Assembly (NCBI GenBank): GCA_964424045.1
Contig: CAYRHV010000002.1
Coordinates: 1-39,848 of the forward strand
Length of the DNA stretch: 39,848 nt
Direction of reading: 5' to 3'
Source: an uncultured Ottowia sp.
GTDB taxonomy: Bacteria; Pseudomonadota; Gammaproteobacteria; Burkholderiales; Burkholderiaceae_C
The translations under genes and the position numbers were made by a program. The notes beneath the pieces are model-generated. The model was not told the DNA's origin. It did no database searches and saw only the letters and a program-made list of their open reading frames with translations. Position 1 is the stretch's first letter; every line of letters starts with the position of its first letter. Positions 8,500-20,565 of the stretch are shown here, piece after piece.

Positions 8500-9258
8500 T
8501 CAGCGCGATGCTTCCAGGTGGCGGCGCGCTTGGGCGAGCTTGCTCCACAGCGTCCGCTCACTGATGCCGGGCCGTCCTTCATGGTGGGCCAGCAGCGCGC
8601 TGACCACGGCGCCCACGTTGTCGAAGGATGAATAGGATGTGCCGGCGGGTGACTTGCCTAACAGCAAATTCAGCAAGCCGCCAATGATGTTCAGATAGGT
8701 CGACTCGCTGCGCAGTCCCGGCTCACGTGCGCCGTCACCCTCGGCTGTACGGATGGCATATTCCTTCACCAACGCTTCGTGCTGCGCATGCGACGCCGCA
8801 TGCAGTTGTGTGAGTTCTGCGAGTTGCACCTTGGTCGCTTCGCGGTCTGCCAACAGCACGTTCAGCGTTGCCAGGTTCACAGCGGGATGCAACTCGCGTT
8901 CGATTTCGTCGAACAGGAACGGCGGCCGCTCGCCAGGGTAGTAATACGACATCCACGCCTTCAGATCGACATGGCGCACGATCAAGTCAGGGTCATCGAG
9001 TGCGGGGCGCTGCGATTCTTGTGCGATGCCGGCTTTGCCAAAGCGCAGTTCATCGTGTGCCAGCGCGTCAAAGATTCGCTCCGCGAAAAGCCGCAACACC
9101 GGCCAGCGCGGGAAATCGCTCGTCTCGGGGATAGCACGCGGCCCGAGCGTTTCCAGAATACGCAACTCGAAGCGCAACAGGCCCGCCCAACGGATCGCCG
9201 CCTCGATCGGTCGGTAGTACGTCTTGGCGCCAAAGGAAAGGCAGCTTGATTTCTGCAT
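8500..9258 (-). CDS. bisR: BisR-like ICE regulator
   Basis: 252 aa directly upstream of alpA (ICEclc BisR is ~250 aa at the same position); YYRPIEAAIRW N-terminus and HTH-like C-terminus GISERTLWSKL. Confidence 0.65.
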   Translation of the reverse strand: MQKSSCLSFGAKTYYRPIEAAIRWAGLLRFELRILETLGPRAIPETSDFPRWPVLRLFAERIFDALAHDELRFGKAGIAQESQRPALDDPDLIVRHVDLKAWMSYYYPGERPPFLFDEIERELHPAVNLATLNVLLADREATKVQLAELTQLHAASHAQHEALVKEYAIRTAEGDGAREPGLRSESTYLNIIGGLLNLLLGKSPAGTSYSSFDNVGAVVSALLAHHEGRPGISERTLWSKLAQARRHLEASR

Positions 9259-9820
9259 ATCGCGCTTCTCATCGTCGGATCAAACTCCGGCAGTCGCGCC
9301 CGACCCACGTGGGCGCGGCGATGACCCAGGAACCCGGATGAACCGCGCGGCCGGCATCGTGGTGAAGATGCTGCCCGTCGGTTATGCCCTCAATCAAAAT
9401 TGGACGGTTGCGCCTTAAGACGCCGCGCAGTCCTCCACCATAATGCCCCGGACAAATACCCTATTACCTGGGCAACAGCCCGAAAGGTCGCGCGCCCTAA
9501 CTCATCAAAAGGACATGAGTGGCACCGTGCTCCACCCGGAAACTTTCGACAAGGTTTTCGCCCGAAACCGTCTGAGGGTAAAGAACTAATGCGTCACCTC
9601 TCCGAGCCGGTTTGCACTCAGCAACGGCGCATGCGTTCCGCGTCACTTCACTGACTTGCCCGGCAGAGATGGGTGCGTCACGCACCGGCATCAGATCGAC
9701 ATGTGCAGCGGCTCGCAAAGGAGCGATAGGTAGCTGCCTGGCCGTGATGCAATTTGGGTCAGGCGTAAGACCGAAAAGGAATCACGCCGTCCGATAGACG
9801 GTCTTTACAAAGACCGTTCG

Positions 9821-10717
9821 TCAAGCGCCTGAAGGCAACCCGACACGCTTCGCATGTTCGATGAACTGCCTCAACGCTTTTCCCATGCCTCTTTCTGGTC
9901 GCAGCAGATAGGTGGTCAGCGATGCCGTCCGATCAACCAGCGGCCGGGCTACCACGTCTGCCTGTTGGCAGCCCGCAAAATGTGCAGCGCTCGAAAAGCC
10001 GACCCCGTACCCCGCCGCCACCAACGTCAGCATCAGACCATGGGTGGTGATGTACTCGTCCACCATCGGCCGCACCTCGAATGACCGGAATAGGCGTTCA
10101 CGCTGCTGTCTGCAGCCTTTACAGCTCTGTGGATCGCACAGCACCAGCGGGTATCTCACCACTTCTTCCAGCGGTACCTCCTTGAAGACCAGCAGCGGAT
10201 GTCGTGCGGACAGTGCGACCATCAATGGGTCTACCCACACCGGCGTAGCAATGATCCCCGCGCCCACGTCGTCGATCATTGCAAAGCCGGCATCGAACAA
10301 GTCCGAGTTCAATCCATGCACCAGTTGGGCTATTGGCATCTCGGATAGACGGATGTTCACCTGCGGAGCTTCCTGCCGGCACAGTGCGAGCAACGTCGAC
10401 AACCGAGACCGTCCGATGTCGCCTGCAAGTGCAATGCGCAGCGTATCCTGACACCCCTCGGCCGCGGCGCGCGCTCTGGCTTCAGTCTGCTCGACGGCCA
10501 GCATGATGCGGCGGGCATCCTGCAGGAAGATCTGTCCGGCCCAAGTCAGGCTGGCACCGCGCGCCGTGCGCCGGAGCAGCACCACTCCCAAGTCTGTCTC
10601 CAGCGCGCGAATAGTGCGGGACAAAGGCGACTGCTCAATGTGCAGGCGCTTGGCAGCACGGCCGAAGTGCAGTTCCTCGGCCACCGCGACAAAGGCCCGG
10701 ATATGGCGTAAATCCAT
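9821..10717 (-). CDS. LysR-family regulator, TciR-like (copy 1)
   Basis: MDLRHIRAFVAVAEELHFGRAAKRLHIEQSPLSRTI HTH; GAGGA RBS. Confidence 0.9.
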   Translation of the reverse strand: MDLRHIRAFVAVAEELHFGRAAKRLHIEQSPLSRTIRALETDLGVVLLRRTARGASLTWAGQIFLQDARRIMLAVEQTEARARAAAEGCQDTLRIALAGDIGRSRLSTLLALCRQEAPQVNIRLSEMPIAQLVHGLNSDLFDAGFAMIDDVGAGIIATPVWVDPLMVALSARHPLLVFKEVPLEEVVRYPLVLCDPQSCKGCRQQRERLFRSFEVRPMVDEYITTHGLMLTLVAAGYGVGFSSAAHFAGCQQADVVARPLVDRTASLTTYLLRPERGMGKALRQFIEHAKRVGLPSGA

Positions 10718-11203
10718 GTTTCCTCGTCTCCATAGAGCCACTGCTTGTGACTCGAAGAACCAACATGAATGCGCGCCTGAGCTGCCCTGCGGTTCTAGCT
10801 TGCATCCCACGCTTCCTGCTTCAAGGCCGGGAACGGCTTTCCGGCAACTTCAAGCCAAAGAGCAACTTGATCGTTCGAAATGGCACGCAGCGCAGCAATG
10901 TGGCCTCACCCATAGACCGACTCCAAAATCAGATGGCCGTCAATCAGTTGCCGATCACACGCGCTTTCAACGTCTCCATGCGGGATGAAAGCGATGCGCC
11001 GACAGGGCCAACGGATTGCCGACGCAGTGGCAGCAGTAATTCCAGATTTCCCTTGCCAAAACCATAGGCCCGCTGGCCGGGCCTGGCGTTCTCGGGGGCC
11101 ATCTGCGCGCACTGCTCGGCTATCTGGTGATGACTGCTCATTAATCAGGTCATTCTTTGAAGAAGCGCAGGGGTTCATAACAAACCGCTGCCAATCCTTC
11201 AAA

Positions 11204-14200
11204 TTAGCGTGGCTTGCGCATCAATACATAAGCAGCGGGGATCACGAACAGCGACAGCAACGGCGCCGTCACCATGCCTCCGAGCATCGGCGCCGCAATG
11301 CGGCTCATGACCTCCGAACCCGTGCCACTGCCCCAGACGATCGGCACCAGGCCTGCCAGGATGACCGCTACAGTCATCGCCTTGGGCCGCACGCGCAGCA
11401 CGGCGCCTTCCCGGATCGCCTCCAGCAGTTCTTCCTGCGTTGGCCGTCGGCCGTCGGGGCAACGTTCATCCAAAGCGTGCTTCAAATAGATGAGCATGAC
11501 CACGCCGAACTCTGCCGCAACGCCCGCCAGAGCGATGAAGCCGACGCCCGTGGCGATGGAAAGGTTGTAGTTCATCAGGTACAGGAACCAAATGCCTCCC
11601 GTGAGGGCAAATGGCAAGGTAGCCATGATCAAGCCGGCTTCGTCGAGACGACTGAACGTCAGGTACAGCAAGACGAAGATGGTCAACAGAGTCGCCGGCA
11701 CCACGACCTTCAGGCGTGCATTGGCCCGCTCCATGTACTCGAACTGTCCCGAGTACGCAATGCTCACCCCTGGCTCCAACTTGACCTGACGGCCAATCGC
11801 ATCGCGCAACTCGTTGGCCACCGAGGCCAGATCGCGGCCGCGCACATCCACGTACACCCAACCGGACGGGCGGGCGTTCTCGCTCTTGAGCATGGGCGGA
11901 CCATCGGTGATGGCGATGCGCGCCACCGTGCCCAGCGTGATCTGCTGCCCCACGGGCGTGGAAATGGGCAGTTGGGCCAGTCGCTGCGGCGAATCCCGCC
12001 ATTCGCGTGGGTAGCGCAAATTGATGGAAAAACGGGCCAGACCCTCGATGGTTTCAGACACGTTTTCGCCGCCGACAGCACCGGCGACGACCGCCTGGAC
12101 ATCGGCCACGTTCAGCCCATAGCGTCCTGCCGCCACGCGATCGATCTGCACGTCCACATAGCGGCCACCCGTCAACCGTTCCGCCAGGGATGACGAAACG
12201 CCGGGAATCCCCTTGGCGACATGCTCCACTTCAGCCGCGATGCGGTCGATCATGTGCAGGTCGTTACCCGTCACCTTGACCCCGATCGGGCTCTTGATGC
12301 CCGTGGCCAGCATGTCGATGCGGTTGCGGATGGGCGGAATCCAGATGTTGGACAGTCCGGGGATCTTCACGGCGCGGTCCAGTTCCTCGACGATCTTCTC
12401 CGGTGTCATGCCAGGGCGCCATTGCTCCCTGGGCTTGAGCTTCACCGTGGTCTCGAACATCTCCAGCGGCGCGGGATCGGTAGCCGTTTCCGCGCGGCCG
12501 GCCTTGCCGAACACGCGCTCGACCTCGGGCACGGTCTTGATCATGCGGTTGCTGATCTGCAGCAGCTCGGCGGCGCGTTGCGCCGACAGCCCCGGCAAGG
12601 CCGAGGGCATGTAAAGCAGATCCCCCTCGTCCAGCCGGGGCAGGAATTCGCCGCCGAGCCGGGCCAGCGGCCAGGCCGTGGTCGCCAGCGCCAGCACCGC
12701 GATCAGCAAGGTTGCCTTGGGCCAGCGCAGCACCCATTCCAGGCTGGGCCGGTACACCGCGATCAGCATGCGGGTTATGGGGTTCTTCTGCTCGTCGGGA
12801 ATGCGTCCGCGAATCCAGTAACCCATGAGCACGGGAATCAGCGTCACGGACAGGCCCGCTGCCGCCGCCATGGCGTAGGTCTTGGTGAACGCCAGCGGGC
12901 CGAACAGGCGTCCCTCCTGGGCTTCGAGGGTAAAGACGGGAATGAAGGACAAGGTGATGATCAGCAGCGAGAAGAACAGCGCCGGCCCGACTTCTTCCGC
13001 GGCCTGCGTGATCACTTCCCAGCGCTCCTCGCCTTGCAGCCGCTGATCCGGATGCGCGTGCTGCCAGGCTTCCAGCTTCTTGTGCGCGTTCTCTATCATC
13101 ACCACGGCCGCATCGACCATCGCGCCGACGGCGATGGCGATGCCCCCCAGCGACATGATGTTCGCGTTGATCCCCTGGTAATGCATCACGAGGAAGGCCG
13201 TCATCACCCCCAGCGGCAGGGCAATGATGGCCACCAGCGCGGAACGCAGATGCCACAGGAACAGCAGGCAGACCAGCGCCACCACCAGGAACTCCTCGCC
13301 CAGCTTGGTCGCGAGGTTGCGGATGGCGCGCTCGATCAGCGCGCTGCGGTCGTAGGTGGTGACGATCTCCACCCCCTGGGGCAGACTGGCCTGCAGCTCG
13401 GCCAGCTTGGCCTTGACGGCGGCGATCGTCTGCTGGGCGTTCTTGCCCGAGCGCAGAATCACGATGCCACCGGCGACCTCGCCCTCGCCATCGAGTTCGG
13501 CGATGCCGCGGCGCATCTCCGGACCGACCTGCAGCGTGGCCACGTCGCCCAGGCGCACCGGCACGCCGCCGCGCGCCACCAGCGGTACGGCGCGGAAGTC
13601 CTCCAGACTCTTGAGGTAGCCACTGGCGCGCACCATGTATTCGGCGCCTGACAGCTCCAGTACGGAGCCGCCGGTTTCCTGGTTGGCGTTCACGAGCGCG
13701 TCGCGGACCTGCCCTTGGCTGAGTCCGTGCGAGGCCAGCTTGATCGGATCGATCACGACCTGGTACTGCTTGACCATGCCGCCCACCGACGCCACCTCTG
13801 CGACGTTGGGCAGGCTCTTGAGCTCGAATTTCAGGAACCAGTCCTGCAGCGCACGCAGCTGCGCCAGGTCGTTCTTGCCCGTGCGGTCCACCAGCGCGTA
13901 CTGGAAGATCCATCCCACCCCCGTGGCGTCGGGCCCCAGGGCCGGCTTGGCCGTGGCCGGCAGGCGGCCCTGAACCTGGTTCAGGTACTCCAGCACCCGC
14001 GAGCGCGCCCAGTACAGATCGGTGCCGTCCTCGAACAGGACATAGACGAACGAGTCACCGAAGAACGAGAAGCCGCGCACCGTCTTGGCTCCCGGCACCG
14101 ACAGCATGGTGGTGGCCAATGGATAGGTCACCTGGTTTTCGACGATCTGCGGTGCCTGGCCGGGGTAGCTGGTGCGGATGATGACCTGCACGTCGGACAG

Positions 14201-14323
14201 GTCCGGCAGGGCATCCACGGGCGTGCTGCGCACGCCCCACACGCCCCACGCCGTGAGCATGGCCGTGGCCAGCAGCACCAGAAAGCGGTTCGCCACCGAC
14301 CAGCGGATCAGTTTCGCAATCAT
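11204..14323 (-). CDS. cusA: CusA/SilA heavy-metal RND efflux pump
   Basis: [53 protein letters not shown]. Confidence 0.95.
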   Translation of the reverse strand: MIAKLIRWSVANRFLVLLATAMLTAWGVWGVRSTPVDALPDLSDVQVIIRTSYPGQAPQIVENQVTYPLATTMLSVPGAKTVRGFSFFGDSFVYVLFEDGTDLYWARSRVLEYLNQVQGRLPATAKPALGPDATGVGWIFQYALVDRTGKNDLAQLRALQDWFLKFELKSLPNVAEVASVGGMVKQYQVVIDPIKLASHGLSQGQVRDALVNANQETGGSVLELSGAEYMVRASGYLKSLEDFRAVPLVARGGVPVRLGDVATLQVGPEMRRGIAELDGEGEVAGGIVILRSGKNAQQTIAAVKAKLAELQASLPQGVEIVTTYDRSALIERAIRNLATKLGEEFLVVALVCLLFLWHLRSALVAIIALPLGVMTAFLVMHYQGINANIMSLGGIAIAVGAMVDAAVVMIENAHKKLEAWQHAHPDQRLQGEERWEVITQAAEEVGPALFFSLLIITLSFIPVFTLEAQEGRLFGPLAFTKTYAMAAAAGLSVTLIPVLMGYWIRGRIPDEQKNPITRMLIAVYRPSLEWVLRWPKATLLIAVLALATTAWPLARLGGEFLPRLDEGDLLYMPSALPGLSAQRAAELLQISNRMIKTVPEVERVFGKAGRAETATDPAPLEMFETTVKLKPREQWRPGMTPEKIVEELDRAVKIPGLSNIWIPPIRNRIDMLATGIKSPIGVKVTGNDLHMIDRIAAEVEHVAKGIPGVSSSLAERLTGGRYVDVQIDRVAAGRYGLNVADVQAVVAGAVGGENVSETIEGLARFSINLRYPREWRDSPQRLAQLPISTPVGQQITLGTVARIAITDGPPMLKSENARPSGWVYVDVRGRDLASVANELRDAIGRQVKLEPGVSIAYSGQFEYMERANARLKVVVPATLLTIFVLLYLTFSRLDEAGLIMATLPFALTGGIWFLYLMNYNLSIATGVGFIALAGVAAEFGVVMLIYLKHALDERCPDGRRPTQEELLEAIREGAVLRVRPKAMTVAVILAGLVPIVWGSGTGSEVMSRIAAPMLGGMVTAPLLSLFVIPAAYVLMRKPR

Positions 14324-15804
14324 GGCTTGGCCCTTTCGATTGCGGTGATCACGTAGTCCTCGCCCTGCTTGGAGAATGTGAAGCGCACTTGTTGCTTCGG
14401 TGCCAGGCCCGCGGCGAGGCGGGGATCGGCCAGCTTGAAGCCCATGGTCATGGCGGGCCACTTGAGGGCGGGGATGGCGTCATGCGCCAGCGTCAGCTCG
14501 GCAGTGGAGACTTCTTCCACCACACCGCGCACCGTGTAGGCCGGGGCCGCGCCATGCGCCCCATGCTCCGGCGTCGCCCCCGGCGATGCGGGCAACAGGC
14601 CGCGCAGGCTGGCCTCGGAGTCGATCAGGAACTGCGCCGAGGCTACCACTTGCTGCCCCGCCTCCAGCCCGCTTTGCACCACGAGTTGGTCACCGATCTC
14701 TGCACCCAACTGCACGTCCACGGGATGGAACCTGCCGGGGCCATCGACCACATATGCCAGGGCGCGCTTACCGGTACGGATGACGGCCTCGCTGGGCACC
14801 AGCAGGGCGGGCTGCTCGCGGCCCTTGAGCGTGATCTGGCCGGACATGCCGGCCTTCAGACGCTGGCCGGGGTTGGCCAGCTCCAGCCGCACGCGTACCG
14901 TGCGGGTGTCGCTATTGGCCTGGGGCAGGATGCTCACGATGCGCGCCTTCAGGACTTCGCCGGGAAACGCCGCCAGGCGCACCCGGGCCTCATGCCCCAC
15001 TTGCAGCGGGCCGCTTTGCGCCTCGGGCACGGCGGCCTCGATCCAGACGGTGGCCAGGCCATTCACGCGCGCCAGGCTTGCGCCAGCGGAAACGGTCATG
15101 CCCTGGCGCACCATGAGCTCGGCCACCAGCCCGCCCTGGGGCGTGGTCACGGTGTAGATGCCCCTGGGTTCGCCCGTGCGCTCCACTTGGGCCACCAGGG
15201 TTTGCGGCATGCCCAGCAGCAGCAGCCTTTGGCGGGCGGCCGTCGTCAGCGACCCGTCTTTGAGCGCACGCACCGCCAGGAATTCGCGCTGCGCCGCCAC
15301 CCATTCGGGCAGCAGCAGGTCTGCCAGCGGCGCGCCGGCACCGATCACGTCGCCCGGCGCGCGCGCATAGACCCGCTCCACGAAGCCTGCGGAGCGTGCC
15401 TGCACGATGCTGACATCGCGGTCATTCAGCAGGACGTTGCCGACGACGTCTACGTCAGCGCCGATGGCGCGCTGCACCACCACGGCCGTGCGCAGGCCCA
15501 GCGCCTGCACGGTCTGGGGGGAAATGCTGATGCCTGTGCTGCCCTGGGCGTCCTCGTCCGCGTACTTGGGCACCAGATCCATGTCCATAAAGGGGGACTT
15601 GCCAGGTTTGTCGAACTTCTGCGTCGGCGACATGGGGTCGTACCAGTACAGCACCTTGCGCTCGGCCGCCGCGCCGGCTTGGGGCACTGTCGTATTCCCA
15701 GCGTGTGTGGTATCGGTGCGCCATTGGGCCAGGCCCCAGCCCGCGGCCACGCCGATAGCGATCAGCGTCAGGCCCGCGAGGGATTTTTTCAGAGAGTTGT
15801 TCAT
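14320..15804 (-). CDS. cusB: CusB-type membrane fusion protein with C-terminal CusF-like domain
   Basis: YWYDPM...[14 protein letters not shown] metal-binding N-terminus, MFP core, C-terminal [18 protein letters not shown]. Confidence 0.92.
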   Translation of the reverse strand: MNNSLKKSLAGLTLIAIGVAAGWGLAQWRTDTTHAGNTTVPQAGAAAERKVLYWYDPMSPTQKFDKPGKSPFMDMDLVPKYADEDAQGSTGISISPQTVQALGLRTAVVVQRAIGADVDVVGNVLLNDRDVSIVQARSAGFVERVYARAPGDVIGAGAPLADLLLPEWVAAQREFLAVRALKDGSLTTAARQRLLLLGMPQTLVAQVERTGEPRGIYTVTTPQGGLVAELMVRQGMTVSAGASLARVNGLATVWIEAAVPEAQSGPLQVGHEARVRLAAFPGEVLKARIVSILPQANSDTRTVRVRLELANPGQRLKAGMSGQITLKGREQPALLVPSEAVIRTGKRALAYVVDGPGRFHPVDVQLGAEIGDQLVVQSGLEAGQQVVASAQFLIDSEASLRGLLPASPGATPEHGAHGAAPAYTVRGVVEEVSTAELTLAHDAIPALKWPAMTMGFKLADPRLAAGLAPKQQVRFTFSKQGEDYVITAIERAKP

Positions 15805-15818
15805 GGTGATGGGCTCCA

Positions 15819-17135
15819 CTAATCGGCGATCAGGCTGTTCAGGCGCGTCGTCACGCCATCGCGCTGGGCTTGCAGGTCAATCAGGCGCAGGCGTGCCTCC
15901 AGCACCTGGGCGCGCGCGCCGAGCACGGCGCTGAGGTCGCCCTTGGCGGAGCGGTAATTGCTCAGCGCAAGCTCCGCGCGCCCCTGCGCCAACTGCAGCC
16001 CGGTGGACTGCAGGCGCTCGATCTGGCTGTCCAGGGCCTGTAGTTCGGCCGCGCTGTCGTCGAGCTCCTGCAGGTGCTTGCGGGTCACGTCTTCCTGTTC
16101 AGCCTCCAGGCGCTCCAGCTCGCGCTGCTTGGCCTGGATCATCGGGGTCTGGCGCCGCTCCTTCTGCCAGGGCAGGTCGAAGGTCAACTGGAACGACACC
16201 ATGTCGCCCCAGCGACGATCGCGTCGGGTATAGGCAACTTCCCAAGACCAATCGCCACGCGATTCCGACTGCGCCTCGTGGGACTCCGCCCGTGCCATGC
16301 TTTGCATGGTCGGGTACAGCGCCAGCTCGGCATGGCTGGACAGCTCGGCGCGCAACTGCGCAACGGGATGGATGAGCGGACCGGTGCCGCCCTGCAGCGA
16401 TTCGTCGGCGCGCGGCCCGACCCAGCGCCGCAGCATGGCTCGTGCCTTGGACCGGTCGCGCTGCAGGTCGTCGCGCCGGTCCGACAGCGCCAGCGCCTCC
16501 TGCTGCGCGGTCAGCAGGTCGCCCGCCTGAGCCGATCCGCCCGCCACCCGCGCGGGCAGGCTGTCTTGCAGGCGCCGGTTCTCGGCCAGCAGTTCCGCGA
16601 GCAGTTGATCACGCTGTTCCACGGCCTGCGCGGCAATCCACGCCAGGCCGAGCTCCTGCCGTATCTGCAGGCGTTGCAAGACCAGCGCCGCGCGCTCGCG
16701 TTCCACGCGCGCCTGGGCGCTGGCCACCTTGGCCGCACGCTTGGCTTGGTTGGGAACCTCCTGCATCAGGGCCAGGCGCTGCCCGGTCATGGATTCGCGC
16801 GTCAGGCTCCAGCGGTCCATGCCGCTGATGGGGAAGCTTTCGAGGCCGATGGAAAGCTTGGGGTCCGGCAGCGTGCCGGCGGCCTTCTGCGCGGACTCGA
16901 CCGCATCGATCTGCAATCGCTGCGCGGAAACGCGCGGGCTTTGCTGTTCAGCGATTTCCCTCGCTTCGACAAAGCTGAGCGCGTAGGCCCCGCTGGCGGC
17001 GAGCATGCTGCCGGCCAGGGCGATGCTCAAAACGCTCAGTCGATGCGTCCATGTGCGGCACGAGGTCGCACGCACTACGCCACGGCCAGGCGCGGGGCGA
17101 CGCTCGCCGGGAGCGCCGGAGGAAGAAATAAGCAT
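15819..17135 (-). CDS. cusC: TolC/CusC-family outer membrane efflux protein
   Basis: LPDPKL, QEVPN...KR and helical repeats; first gene of the CBA unit; start chosen from the GAGGA RBS and is uncertain. Confidence 0.85.
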   Translation of the reverse strand: MLISSSGAPGERRPAPGRGVVRATSCRTWTHRLSVLSIALAGSMLAASGAYALSFVEAREIAEQQSPRVSAQRLQIDAVESAQKAAGTLPDPKLSIGLESFPISGMDRWSLTRESMTGQRLALMQEVPNQAKRAAKVASAQARVERERAALVLQRLQIRQELGLAWIAAQAVEQRDQLLAELLAENRRLQDSLPARVAGGSAQAGDLLTAQQEALALSDRRDDLQRDRSKARAMLRRWVGPRADESLQGGTGPLIHPVAQLRAELSSHAELALYPTMQSMARAESHEAQSESRGDWSWEVAYTRRDRRWGDMVSFQLTFDLPWQKERRQTPMIQAKQRELERLEAEQEDVTRKHLQELDDSAAELQALDSQIERLQSTGLQLAQGRAELALSNYRSAKGDLSAVLGARAQVLEARLRLIDLQAQRDGVTTRLNSLIAD

Positions 17136-17210
17136 GATGGTCCTCGAAATTGATAGCCACGAAGTCACGTGTTCTGCCGTGCCAATGCACGGCGGGCACG
17201 ACTTGGTGTG

Positions 17211-17669
17211 TCAATTACGCAGGACTTGGAAAGTGAGATGGAAGGGGAAAGAGCCCGTTCGGTGGTCGAGCCACGCCGGATCAGCCCTGGCGTCGGTCGA
17301 TGATTGCGGGTCGGGCACCACTGGAAGCAGGTAGGCAATCCAGACCGCATGCGCCGCCGCAGTAGATAGACCGTCAAGTCCTTGCGGAGAAGGCGCGGGC
17401 TTGCCGTCACCGCTGCAATGGGCACGGCACAACTGCGGAGACTCGTCGTCCATCGTCCCGGGCATGGCATGGCAGTCCGGCATGGCGGACATGCCGGTGG
17501 CTTCGTCCATGGCCATGCCCGCCATCTGCATCGATGCCGCGTGCGTATCCGCATCCAGCTTCGGGCAGGCATACATCGCCAGCGCCATCTGCGAGAACAG
17601 CAAGGCCACGATGAGGCCGCCGACGATCCGGCGGCCCCATTGCGTGACGATGCGTCGGATGGAAACCAT
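17211..17669 (-). CDS. Exported Met/Cys/His-rich protein upstream of cusC (CopL/CzcI-like)
   Basis: Hydrophobic N-terminus, YACP, MQMAGMAM, DCHAM, LCRAHC. Confidence 0.6.
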   Translation of the reverse strand: MVSIRRIVTQWGRRIVGGLIVALLFSQMALAMYACPKLDADTHAASMQMAGMAMDEATGMSAMPDCHAMPGTMDDESPQLCRAHCSGDGKPAPSPQGLDGLSTAAAHAVWIAYLLPVVPDPQSSTDARADPAWLDHRTGSFPFHLTFQVLRN

Positions 17670-17790
17670 GGTGGGATGTTCGCTGTGCTGGATGTGTGAC
17701 AACTTGCCGCGGATCAGAGAGCCGTCCCGGGAAGGAAGTGCCTTCATGGCCCATCTACCCGCAGGCGGCCCAGTCACCGCGCATGCGAGG

Positions 17791-18048
17791 TCACCGAATC
17801 CCTGGATTCATTTCACCGGAATCCAACTTGTCGGCGCGTCTCAATCTCGGCCAGTCCGAGAACGCGAGCACGTACAGTGCGATCAGGTTGACCATGGGGA
17901 CGATCATCAGCAGGCCGAGCCAGCCGGAAAAGCCCGCCTTGGCAAAGATCTTCCAAAACGGCAGCACGATCACCACCGCACCCAGCAGCATCGTCAGCCA
18001 GTGGGCACCCAACCACCACCCCATATCGTTCATATACATTCCGTTCAT
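17791..18048 (-). CDS. Small Met-rich membrane protein (paralog A)
   Basis: 85 aa, LPFWKIFAKAGFSGWLGLLMIVPMVNLI; GAGG RBS; paralog at 34872. Confidence 0.75.
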   Translation of the reverse strand: MNGMYMNDMGWWLGAHWLTMLLGAVVIVLPFWKIFAKAGFSGWLGLLMIVPMVNLIALYVLAFSDWPRLRRADKLDSGEMNPGIR

Positions 18049-18086
18049 CAGGATCGGTAACCTCTTTTTGATTGTTTCGATGCGGG

Positions 18087-20429
<2,343 letters not shown>

Positions 20430-20456
20430 GTCAATGTCCTTGTGGAGTTTGGCTCG

Positions 20457-20488
20457 ACCCTTGACCTGTTCAGCATGGCAAGGTCGAG
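20457..20488 (-). promoter_or_regulatory. CueR/MerR-type promoter-operator of the Cu ATPase
   Basis: Minus strand TCGACC-19 bp-AAGGGT with dyad ACCTTGCCA-TGC-TGAACAGGT. Confidence 0.7.
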
Positions 20489-20565
20489 GCTGTTTTTATT
20501 GGACGAATCTGGCTTGTTCTACTTTTTGTATGCTTGCCCGGCGGCTGCACGCGACGGCTAAACCG

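Noticed and set aside
9440-9600. GGGCAAC...CCGAAAGG segment resembling a c-di-GMP riboswitch or sRNA upstream of bisR
   Set aside because: Lacks the GCAAA...GACGCAAAG core and second stem; cannot be supported without an Rfam scan
10718-11203. Short ORFs between cusA and the LysR gene
   Set aside because: No recognisable motifs; probably a junction or degenerate region
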